Positions 28,425-35,568 of a stretch of DNA of 47,282 bases are shown here, piece after piece; position 1 is the stretch's first letter, and each line of letters begins with the position of its first letter. A program made the position numbers and the translations under genes. This stretch comes from a virus (taxonomy: Duplodnaviria; Caudoviricetes): positions 1-47,282 of IMG/VR virus record IMGVR_UViG_3300010376_000052. The stretch is one strand, 5' to 3'. The notes beneath the pieces were generated by a model. That model made no database searches, had not been told where the DNA came from, and saw nothing but the letters and a program-made list of their open reading frames with translations.

Positions 28425-28494
28425 TACACGATGACGTGTGTACGTGTGCAATAATCACGTTGTGATCAACGAACACACGAAAGGGGGTGACGAC

Positions 28495-28671
28495 ATGGCA
28501 AAGACGATGACGCCGACCGAGCTGGCGCTTGAGCTGAACGTATCGCCCAAGACGCTGCGCGGGTGGCTTCGCAAGCATCACACGCGCCCTGTGAACGTGA
28601 AAAACACTTCGTGGGCGCTCGATGCGAAAACGTGCAACGCTGCACGTAAAGCGTTCAAGCGCGACGCGTAA
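28495..28671 (+). CDS. Small HTH DNA-binding protein, paralog 1 (58 aa)
   Basis: MTPTELALELNVSPKTLRGWLRK...KNTSW; RBS AAGGGGGTGA. Confidence 0.8.
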   Translation: MAKTMTPTELALELNVSPKTLRGWLRKHHTRPVNVKNTSWALDAKTCNAARKAFKRDA

Positions 28672-28682
28672 CGCGCTCGATC

Positions 28683-28719
28683 GTGTGTGTGACGTACACA
28701 ATGTGTGCGTCACACACAC
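28683..28719. terminator. Long (GT)/(AC) hairpin after HTH paralog 1
   Basis: GTGTGTGTGACGTACAC-AAT-GTGTGCGTCACACACAC. Confidence 0.55.
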
Positions 28720-28740
28720 ACACAACGAAACGACGTGCCC

Positions 28741-28815
28741 ATGACAATCGTCCTGCTCATCATCATCGCCGTGCTGCTCATCGCCTACTACCGCGCCTGC
28801 AACCCGCCCGATTGA
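28741..28815 (+). CDS. 24-aa membrane peptide
   Basis: MTIVLLIIIAVLLIAYYRACNPPD; followed by a terminator-like hairpin at about 28842-28875. Confidence 0.45.
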   Translation: MTIVLLIIIAVLLIAYYRACNPPD

Positions 28816-28896
28816 CGCCGACGCCTGACCGCGATCCGCGTCGAACCGTGCCCCGTGAAAACGGGGTTCGGTTTTGGTGCGGCGGTGGCGCGGCCA

Positions 28897-28934
28897 ACTA
28901 ACTGAGGACCCACATGGATCCTCCACCAGAGGCC
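28897..28934 (+). repeat. 38-bp dispersed repeat, copy 1
   Basis: ACTAACTGAGGACCCAC-atggat-CCTCCACCAGAGGCC. Confidence 0.9.
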
Positions 28935-28987
28935 TGTCCTCGACCAATCGGTCTTGGAGATTCGAGGACACGCGAGGCACCAAACGG

Positions 28988-29016
28988 TTGACAATGGTAG
29001 CCACATGCGTCATGAT
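28988..29016 (+). promoter_or_regulatory. Sigma70-type early promoter
   Basis: TTGACA-N17-CATGAT. Confidence 0.65.
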
Positions 29017-29061
29017 GTGTTTGTGATCAACGTCAACCGACATGCGAAAGGAGGTGACGAA

Positions 29062-29265
29062 ATGGCGACCAAGTCCAAGACCATGACCCCGAAGGAACTC
29101 GCGTCCGAACTCGGAATCGACGCGAAGGTCCTGCGCGGATGGCTCCGCAAGGAACATCCCCGCGCCGCCGAGGCCAAGAACACGTCGTGGGTCATTCCTG
29201 CGAACGTGTGCGCTCAGGCCCGCAAGGTGTTTGCCAAGAACAAGGCAGGCTCCGCGAAGGCGTAG
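29062..29265 (+). CDS. Small HTH DNA-binding protein, paralog 2 (67 aa)
   Basis: MTPKELASELGIDAKVLRGWLRK...KNTSW; RBS AAGGAGGTGA. Confidence 0.82.
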   Translation: MATKSKTMTPKELASELGIDAKVLRGWLRKEHPRAAEAKNTSWVIPANVCAQARKVFAKNKAGSAKA

Positions 29266-29270
29266 GCCGA

Positions 29271-29312
29271 ACAACATGGGGGACCTCATTACGCGGGGGT
29301 CCCCTTTGTTGT
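29271..29312 (+). terminator. Intrinsic terminator
   Basis: ACAACA-GGGGGACCTC...GGGGGTCCCC-TTTGTTGT. Confidence 0.75.
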
Positions 29313-29352
29313 GGGCAAGTGCATGGACCACAGTGGGTGTGTGGTCGAGCCC

Positions 29353-29390
29353 ACTAACTGAGGACCCACTAAAGGCCTCCACCAGAGGCC
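29353..29390 (+). repeat. 38-bp dispersed repeat, copy 2
   Basis: ACTAACTGAGGACCCAC-taaagg-CCTCCACCAGAGGCC. Confidence 0.9.
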
Positions 29391-29424
29391 CGGGCCTTAT
29401 GGAGTGTGTGGTTCTCCCGGCCAT

Positions 29425-29955
29425 TTAGCTGTCAGGTCTGGCCACATTGGCGAGGTTTACGGTCACATTCACGGCGCCTTGATCTTGATCCTTCGTGTGC
29501 CGACCTGTCAATTCCAACGCGAGACGCGCGGCATCGACTCGACCGCGCTTAGCTCTGCGCGAAAGTCCAACGAGGATCGCAGAACTGTCCATGTCGAGGT
29601 CCACGACCGCGTATTGCCAAACCAGATCGCGGAACTCCTGACTGTATTCCCATCGCCGCAACTTTTGCCGAGCCGACGATAAGCGCTGCTCTTCGGTCCT
29701 CGCGGCGCCATTCGCGGGATATAGGTGGTCCAACAGGGCGCGAGCTATCTGGCTACGCTTATATCCGCGGCCATACAGCTTCGCTGCCGTGATTCGGACG
29801 TCGGACCACTCCATCTTGGCCGAAAACTCCGCGTGGTGGTCTATTTCGGCCTCAGGAACCCCGCTGGCTCTTTGCAACTCTGAACTCGTGATCTTTTTGG
29901 CCGGAACCGCTGAGTTTCGTCTCGCCTTACGCCCTGTCCGATGTCTGATTCCCAT
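29425..29955 (-). CDS. Probable terminase small subunit
   Basis: HTH-like N-half (SQIARAL...LRRW...EF), helical GRVDAARLALELTGRH, beta-tail VNVTVN; apparently leaderless behind TGGTAATAT. Confidence 0.6.
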   Translation of the reverse strand: MGIRHRTGRKARRNSAVPAKKITSSELQRASGVPEAEIDHHAEFSAKMEWSDVRITAAKLYGRGYKRSQIARALLDHLYPANGAARTEEQRLSSARQKLRRWEYSQEFRDLVWQYAVVDLDMDSSAILVGLSRRAKRGRVDAARLALELTGRHTKDQDQGAVNVTVNLANVARPDS

Positions 29956-30056
29956 ACGGGAATATTACCAATCCGCTGGGACCTTTCCGTGCGTCGGACT
30001 CCCCGTTGGCTCTACGCATCTTGGGCATTAGGTAGGAAAGGGATGGACATGGAGAG

Positions 30057-30085
30057 TTGACGTTGGCGTCAGGATTGTGTATGAT
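30057..30085 (+). promoter_or_regulatory. Sigma70-type early promoter
   Basis: TTGACG-N17(ending GGATTGTG)-TATGAT. Confidence 0.75.
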
Positions 30086-30130
30086 GTTCATGCACGTTCA
30101 TGAACCTTGTCAACCGAAAGGAAGTGCCCC

Positions 30131-30316
30131 GTGAACGAATCACGGATCCTGTTCGAGGACGATATGTCCGACGACCCGTACGGCACCGCGATCGCGCTCA
30201 TGAAGGTTGTGCTCGATCATGCGCTGGCCGACGACGCGCAAGGCAAAATGTCCGACGACGAACACGGCAACCTCGTTGCCATCGACGAACTCATCCACAC
30301 CCGCGACAACTCCTAA
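30131..30316 (+). CDS. Small acidic early protein
   Basis: RBS AAGGAAG, GTG start, D/E-rich. Confidence 0.6.
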   Translation: MNESRILFEDDMSDDPYGTAIALMKVVLDHALADDAQGKMSDDEHGNLVAIDELIHTRDNS

Positions 30317-30334
30317 CGAAAGGAACCACACATC

Positions 30335-30778
30335 ATGCCGAACGCACGCTGGGCTGCACCTGACCTGAACGAGGCAGGAATCAGCCGCATACAGGAGATC
30401 GTGTCGGAACTTGACGGATTGTGGTCGACGCCGACGCAATTCACGACCCGCGACGAAATCGACTCCATGACTCCCGAACAGGCCGAGATGGTCCGCATCC
30501 ACACGCGAAGGATGCTCGTGATGCAACTCCTATACCAAGAGTTCCACCAACACGAACTCGACGATTGCGGCGACTACCTGACTGCCGCAACCGACAACTG
30601 GGCCGCATTGTTCGGGACATTGTGGTCTGACGACTTCCAGGATGAACTTCCGATCACCAAGGAATTCCTCACCAACTTCGACCGATTCCCCGAAGGCGGG
30701 TCCGATGGCGAAATCCGTTATTCGCTCCTGTCCGACGAACTCTTCGACCAATTCCGTGACGAAAGGACTGACTCATGA
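30335..30778 (+). CDS. Acidic early protein
   Basis: RBS AAGGA; D/E-rich, one Lys. Confidence 0.7.
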   Translation: MPNARWAAPDLNEAGISRIQEIVSELDGLWSTPTQFTTRDEIDSMTPEQAEMVRIHTRRMLVMQLLYQEFHQHELDDCGDYLTAATDNWAALFGTLWSDDFQDELPITKEFLTNFDRFPEGGSDGEIRYSLLSDELFDQFRDERTDS

Positions 30779-31101
30779 CCGATTCCACACAACTCGCGAG
30801 GGTCCGTGTGATGATGCACGACCTGGGCCGCATCGCGGGGGTTGCTCTCGAAGGCGCAATCCCCGCTGTACCAATCGAAGGCGCTACTGGCATCAACGGC
30901 GACTACCTCGAGGACATCACCGATCAGGTCGTGGTCTTCATCGCCGAACTCGTACAGGCGTTCATCAACGCAGGATCCGAAAGGGAGGTCACCTACGAAA
31001 ACGAGGAACTTCGTCACGCAATTTACGAGGAACTCCGTGGCTGGTCGACACGATACGACGAAGACCAAGACAACGACGAACCCGAACACCACGCGCACTG
31101 A
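30775..31101 (+). CDS. Acidic early protein
   Basis: ATGA coupling; no Lys. Confidence 0.7.
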   Translation: MTDSTQLARVRVMMHDLGRIAGVALEGAIPAVPIEGATGINGDYLEDITDQVVVFIAELVQAFINAGSEREVTYENEELRHAIYEELRGWSTRYDEDQDNDEPEHHAH

Positions 31102-31110
31102 AAGGAACCC

Positions 31111-31479
31111 ATGCCTAACCCACCCATGAATCCCAACAACTTCCTCGTCGCCATGCTGGACGCCTACATCGAATGGCTGAACATGTGGAACGAAGCCGAC
31201 GAACTGAACGACAACGACTTCCGTCACACCATGGAGATGTTCTCCGCCAACAACCCACACATCGTCGGGATTTGCTTGACCGGGGCCTCGAACTCATTCC
31301 AACGCGTGCTTGTCGAGGCTTGCGTGTACGACGGCGACGATGGGGGGCCAACCGATCTCACCGCGTGGTTTGAACTCGATACCGTGAACGGGACCAACGC
31401 ACTCGAACACATGATCCAAGGGTTCGACACCATGCTCCAATTCATCATCAAGGACGGCAAGCCCGTCAACCTACCGTAA
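31111..31479 (+). CDS. Acidic early protein
   Basis: RBS AAGGA. Confidence 0.7.
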   Translation: MPNPPMNPNNFLVAMLDAYIEWLNMWNEADELNDNDFRHTMEMFSANNPHIVGICLTGASNSFQRVLVEACVYDGDDGGPTDLTAWFELDTVNGTNALEHMIQGFDTMLQFIIKDGKPVNLP

Positions 31480-31488
31480 GGAGATCAC

Positions 31489-31695
31489 ATGCCACGCAAA
31501 CGCACCGCACCTACCACAGAGCCGGTGGTGGAATTCACCGTGACTCGCACCTTCAAGGTCTCTCTGCCCATCTCATTTATCCGTGAGGAACTCGAGGACC
31601 GTGTGAACGAAATGGCCTACGAATACGATGCCGGTGGCGATCACCAGGGGATGGTAGAACTCGTCGGGGTCGAAATCAAGGAGGCGGGGGCCTAG
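31489..31695 (+). CDS. Small early protein
   Basis: RBS AAGGAG. Confidence 0.65.
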   Translation: MPRKRTAPTTEPVVEFTVTRTFKVSLPISFIREELEDRVNEMAYEYDAGGDHQGMVELVGVEIKEAGA

Positions 31696-31763
31696 CGCCC
31701 CCACTTCAACCGCGGCCATATGGAATTTGCCTCACTACGTCCCGCGTCGGCAGCCCCGAGCCC

Positions 31764-31801
31764 ACTAACTTAGGGCCCACGTGAAGCCGCCACCAGAGGC
31801 C
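31764..31801 (+). repeat. 38-bp dispersed repeat, copy 3
   Basis: ACTAACTTAGGGCCCAC-gtgaag-CCGCCACCAGAGGCC. Confidence 0.9.
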
Positions 31802-31828
31802 TGACCCACGTTGGTCAGAAACGGACAG

Positions 31829-31857
31829 TTGACGACGGTGCGCGGATCGTGTATGAT
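31829..31857 (+). promoter_or_regulatory. Sigma70-type early promoter
   Basis: TTGACG-N17(ending GGATCGTG)-TATGAT. Confidence 0.75.
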
Positions 31858-31899
31858 CGTAATGTGACGTTTGACAACTCAGGAGAGGAGGTGATACCA

Positions 31900-32310
31900 A
31901 TGCAAATCGGATTCACAGGCACTCAACGCGGTATGACTGATGACCAACGCGTCGCCGTAGAGTCCTTGTTGCGGGCACTCGACGCAAGCCACGTTCATCA
32001 TGGCGACTGCATCGGGGCTGACGCTGAGTTCCACGCACTCGCGGTTGCGCGTGATGCACGGATCGAAATACACCCGCCGACTGATTCCAGTAAGCGCGCG
32101 TGGTGCAAGGCTGACACGATGTGGCCTGATCACGGCTACATGATGCGGAATCAGCACATCGTCGATTGCTCCGACACGCTCATCGCAACACCAGGTGAGA
32201 GTGAGGAAGTACTGCGGTCAGGCACATGGGCAACGATTCGCCGTGCCCGACACAAGCACATTCGGATCTACATCGTAACACCCGACGGACACATTCACGA
32301 GGAGGGGTAA
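31900..32310 (+). CDS. SLOG superfamily (DprA/YspA-like) protein
   Basis: IGFTG, HHGDCIGAD, RNQHIVD.SD.LIA, SGTWATIRRA; RBS GGAGGTG. Confidence 0.78.
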   Translation: MQIGFTGTQRGMTDDQRVAVESLLRALDASHVHHGDCIGADAEFHALAVARDARIEIHPPTDSSKRAWCKADTMWPDHGYMMRNQHIVDCSDTLIATPGESEEVLRSGTWATIRRARHKHIRIYIVTPDGHIHEEG

Positions 32311-32540
32311 TGGAAGAAGATCCAACGATGGCACCGCCACAACGCGCGTGGCATCGCAAATACGTGAGGAACCACCTGGAGATCAGTCGGTTGCTCGACG
32401 ATCTCCAAAACGACCCCGCGATGGAACACGCTGAGGATCTCGGCGACTGGGTCGAGACGCTATCAACCCTCGTGTCGTTCCATCCGACGACGCGATCCGA
32501 CATTGAACTCGAAGTCCGACAGGAGATGGGCCTAGCATGA
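32310..32540 (+). CDS. Hypothetical early protein
   Basis: TAATG coupling, RBS GGAGG. Confidence 0.6.
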   Translation: MEEDPTMAPPQRAWHRKYVRNHLEISRLLDDLQNDPAMEHAEDLGDWVETLSTLVSFHPTTRSDIELEVRQEMGLA

Positions 32541-32800
32541 ACTATCGGCAACAGGATACGGTTGGTGCGATCAACCTCGACCACGCACTCGCGGACATAT
32601 GCACCGATCCCGATTGCGAGATCCATAACCTCGACGTTGCGTTGGAAGAAGGCACGATCAACCTAACCGACGTGGCGTTTTACATCGCAGGTTACATGGC
32701 AGGTGCGGCAGCACTAGGCGATCAGGTCGACGACGTGAAGGGCAACCTACGAGACGAGATGAAGCAGCTGATCGACCCACAGGAGGGTATGAATGGCTAA
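32537..32800 (+). CDS. Hypothetical early protein (H...C.DPDCE.H metal-site-like)
   Basis: ATGA coupling. Confidence 0.6.
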   Translation: MNYRQQDTVGAINLDHALADICTDPDCEIHNLDVALEEGTINLTDVAFYIAGYMAGAAALGDQVDDVKGNLRDEMKQLIDPQEGMNG

Positions 32801-32987
32801 CCCGTTCGGAGTCGCGGATGCGCGTGAGACCGCAATCGCACACCAATTGGTCGACGATCCTGAGTTCAATGAGGATCCCGTCGATCTCTACCAGAAGCTG
32901 TTGACCGAACACGGGTCCGACAGCACGGGCAGGATCTGGTCCCTCGCGTGTACGCTCTGGGATCGAAAGCACAACGCGGACAGTTGA
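32793..32987 (+). CDS. Hypothetical early protein
   Basis: RBS GGAGG, overlap with upstream gene. Confidence 0.55.
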   Translation: MANPFGVADARETAIAHQLVDDPEFNEDPVDLYQKLLTEHGSDSTGRIWSLACTLWDRKHNADS

Positions 32988-33012
32988 CGTTGGCGTGTGG
33001 ATCATGTACGAT
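32984..33012 (+). promoter_or_regulatory. Sigma70-type early promoter
   Basis: TTGACG-N17(ending GGATCATG)-TACGAT. Confidence 0.7.
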
Positions 33013-33050
33013 GTTCACATGAACGAACGACACACGCGGAAGGAGGTGAA

Positions 33051-33260
33051 ATGATGGCAACAAGGAGAAGGTATTACGGAACTGCTGAGGTCGCTGAGGC
33101 ATGTGGCGTCACGCAACAGGCAGTCAGCAATTGGCTGTCACGGGGTCAAATCGTGAAGCCGACGTTCAGGCTGCGAATGGGTCCCGTGTGGGATATCGAG
33201 TCGCCCCGCTTCCGGAAATGGTTGCGGGCGAACAGGGCAACGACAAGGAGAGCAGCATGA
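33051..33260 (+). CDS. HTH DNA-binding protein (AlpA/excisionase-like)
   Basis: YGTAEVAEACGVTQQAVSNWLSRG..P..RLRMGPVW; RBS AAGGAGGTG. Confidence 0.8.
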   Translation: MMATRRRYYGTAEVAEACGVTQQAVSNWLSRGQIVKPTFRLRMGPVWDIESPRFRKWLRANRATTRRAA

Positions 33261-33511
33261 CCGACCAGTACGACGAGGAGACGCGTAGGCGCATGGTAGA
33301 TGACGCGATGGGCAACATTTGCCGTGACGCCTACGCAGTCCTTGACGAACTCCTGCATCAACTCGAGGAGTCATGCGAGGAGCAAACGACATGGTTGGAA
33401 GAGATCGACCGTCAGAACCTACGACAGCTGCTGGTCGACATCGACCGTGTCCAACGGGTCAAGATGCTCATCGAGCAAATCGTTGACCCCGCTACAAGGG
33501 AGACCGAGTGA
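33257..33511 (+). CDS. Hypothetical helical protein
   Basis: ATGA coupling, RBS AAGGAG. Confidence 0.6.
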   Translation: MTDQYDEETRRRMVDDAMGNICRDAYAVLDELLHQLEESCEEQTTWLEEIDRQNLRQLLVDIDRVQRVKMLIEQIVDPATRETE

Positions 33512-33732
33512 GCACAATCACGTCCAAGGAGATCGTGGATGAAACGATCGCCAACAACGGGGTCTATCCTGGTGATCCCCCAGTCATCAAGATAGTCCAG
33601 TACAACAACATGTTCAACGGGGGACTGGCGTGGGGCTTCGTGTACGAACACGAGGATCCCATGCGGTACGAGAACAGCCCGGCGTGTCACAACCCCGTGG
33701 TGATTTGGGAGCGTGACGCACAACATGGCTAA
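33508..33732 (+). CDS. Hypothetical protein
   Basis: GTGA coupling. Confidence 0.6.
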   Translation: MSTITSKEIVDETIANNGVYPGDPPVIKIVQYNNMFNGGLAWGFVYEHEDPMRYENSPACHNPVVIWERDAQHG

Positions 33733-33970
33733 GGGAGAAACCAAAGCTGAGGCGCGGCAACGCACGCTACGCACCACGATGCAGGACCTGATCGCGGCGA
33801 GGATCCAGTTCAAGGTGCACTACCCGTCCAAGAACTCCATGGTCATCACCTGCGAGAGCAACCTGAACAACGACCAACTCAGGGTAGTTCTCGACGCCGG
33901 CGGTCAGTTCGGACCGAGCAAGGATCTGATCATTCTCATCCCTGATCTAGGGGCGAACAATGGTGAGTGA
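33725..33970 (+). CDS. Hypothetical protein
   Basis: ATG 33725 overlapping upstream gene end. Confidence 0.5.
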   Translation: MAKGETKAEARQRTLRTTMQDLIAARIQFKVHYPSKNSMVITCESNLNNDQLRVVLDAGGQFGPSKDLIILIPDLGANNGE

Positions 33971-34172
33971 ATGGTTCGACGAGGTGATCACACCACAGGA
34001 GCGTGAGGAGATCGAGCAAGCCGTGCAGTCGATGTGTGAAGTTCTCATCGTGGGCACAGTACTGTGTGAGAACATCACGGACTTCATCGACGCACGGATG
34101 CCTCATGCTTGACTCGTCATGGACGCCCGAGAAAGGATACAGCCACGCGCTTGAACTCCTAAGGAAGCTAGA

Positions 34173-34334
34173 ATGCAACGAGGCAAACTCAAGCCATACC
34201 GATACAGAACCAGCGACAAGCGTGTCCACGTCTTCTACGCACCCACCGTCGTCATCGCCGACAAATACGCCAAGCGATGGGCGCGGAAGCAAGGGTACAA
34301 GCGAATCGTGAGGCTGCGGAGACGTCGGAAATGA
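34173..34334 (+). CDS. Small basic protein (53 aa)
   Basis: Hand translation MQRGKLKPYRYRTSDKRVHVFYAPTVVIADKYAKRWARKQGYKRIVRLRRRRK; RBS AAGGA. Confidence 0.45.
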   Translation: MQRGKLKPYRYRTSDKRVHVFYAPTVVIADKYAKRWARKQGYKRIVRLRRRRK

Positions 34335-34391
34335 CGTGTTGGCTCTGCAACAACGAAGGATGCTGGCTATGCAGGGAAGGAGGTGAAGAGC

Positions 34392-34577
34392 ATGAACGAG
34401 GAGATGACAAACGGCAAGGGCGTCAGGTTGAGTCTCGATCAGGTCAGGAAGCTGGCCCAGTCGATGAACAATGCCAACGCGACGGAGGTCGAACTGACCA
34501 ACGGCAGTGATGGTCGGTTGATCGTGAAGCAGGTCATCAAGACCGAGAAGTTCAAGGCATTGCCGTTAAGCAAGTAG
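34392..34577 (+). CDS. Hypothetical protein
   Basis: RBS GGAGGTG; followed by a terminator. Confidence 0.6.
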   Translation: MNEEMTNGKGVRLSLDQVRKLAQSMNNANATEVELTNGSDGRLIVKQVIKTEKFKALPLSK

Positions 34578-34586
34578 CACTACATC

Positions 34587-34630
34587 GAGGGGCACGGGTG
34601 CATGGCGACTCGCATCCGTGTCCCTTATTT
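34587..34630 (+). terminator. Intrinsic terminator
   Basis: AGGGGCACGGGTGC...GCATCCGTGTCCCT-TATTT. Confidence 0.7.
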
Positions 34631-34646
34631 GCTGGCACTGACGGAT

Positions 34647-34675
34647 TTGACGTGAGCGGTGGGATCATGTATAAT
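34647..34675 (+). promoter_or_regulatory. Near-consensus sigma70 promoter
   Basis: TTGACG-N17(ending GGATCATG)-TATAAT. Confidence 0.8.
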
Positions 34676-34740
34676 GAACTACGTCATGCGTTCACCGCCC
34701 GCGCTTGACCTCACACACCACAGGGCGGGAAGGAGGCACT

Positions 34741-35361
34741 ATGCCCCGTAAGCGCAGCAAGGCAGAGGTCGAGGAGCTCGACGACGAGCTCGAGGACGAC
34801 GAAGAACTCGACCTGGAAGACCTCGACGACGAGGCAGACGTCGAAGACGAGGACGTCGAGGAAGAGGACGAGGATGAGGACGAGGAAGCTCCGAAGCCTC
34901 GCCGCAAGAAGAAGGCGACGACCGCCAAGTCCAAGAAGAAGGCAGCGAAGGCGAACGGCAGCATCGGATCGTCAGAACTCGCTGAGGCACTGGGCACGGA
35001 CGGTCGGAACCTGCGTGTCATGCTCCGCAGCAAGGGCGTCGAGAAGAACGAGAACAACCGCTACGAGTGGGACTCGGTCGACGACGCGCTCGAGGAACTC
35101 GGCTTCGACGACCTCGAGGAGGCGCAGGACGCACTCAAGGCTGCGCGTGACGAGAGGCTCGAGGAGCTGAAGTCGCGCAACGCCAAGAAGAAGAAGTCCA
35201 AGTCGAAGGCTCAGGACGACGACGAGGACGAAGACGAAGATGAGGACGAAGACGAGGATGAGGACGAGGAGGAAGAGGAGGAGGCCCCGAAGCCGAAGAA
35301 GAAGCCGGCTGCGAAGAAGGCCCCCGCCAAGAAGCCGACTCGTGCTCGGGCTCGCAAGTAG
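34741..35361 (+). CDS. Acidic/basic block protein with central HTH (family of 28495/29062) and histone-H1-like tail
   Basis: Two D/E tracts each ending EEAPKP.KK; core SSELAEALGTDGRNLRVMLR...NRYEW; tail PAAKKAPAKK; RBS AAGGAGG. Confidence 0.8.
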   Translation: MPRKRSKAEVEELDDELEDDEELDLEDLDDEADVEDEDVEEEDEDEDEEAPKPRRKKKATTAKSKKKAAKANGSIGSSELAEALGTDGRNLRVMLRSKGVEKNENNRYEWDSVDDALEELGFDDLEEAQDALKAARDERLEELKSRNAKKKKSKSKAQDDDEDEDEDEDEDEDEDEEEEEEAPKPKKKPAAKKAPAKKPTRARARK

Positions 35362-35380
35362 TTCTCACTTCCAGTGCACT

Positions 35381-35410
35381 GGGAGGGGGCGGCGAAAGTC
35401 GCCCTCTCTC
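35381..35410 (+). terminator. Terminator hairpin
   Basis: GGGAGGGGGCGGC-GAAA-GTCGCCCTCTCTC. Confidence 0.7.
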
Positions 35411-35568
35411 AGGGCTCACCATATGTCCAAGCGACCAAGGGCATCCAGGGTTTGCGTCTGACGTGTGCGATGCACGATACGCATGTCGCGTGGCAATCAA
35501 CCCTGGTCGCCTATGGACGCCTTGTGGTATGACGCCGAATCGCATGACGACACGCGAAACGAGGGTAT

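Noticed and set aside
28897-31801. 38-bp repeats as a CRISPR mini-array, with the Cas4-like gene as a cas gene
   Set aside because: Spacing is 456 and 2411 bp with genes between; the Cas4-like nuclease sits in the usual phage recombination module
30083-34694. GTTCA/TGAAC palindromes as LexA (GAAC-N4-GTTC) boxes
   Set aside because: Orientation and spacing do not match the SOS box
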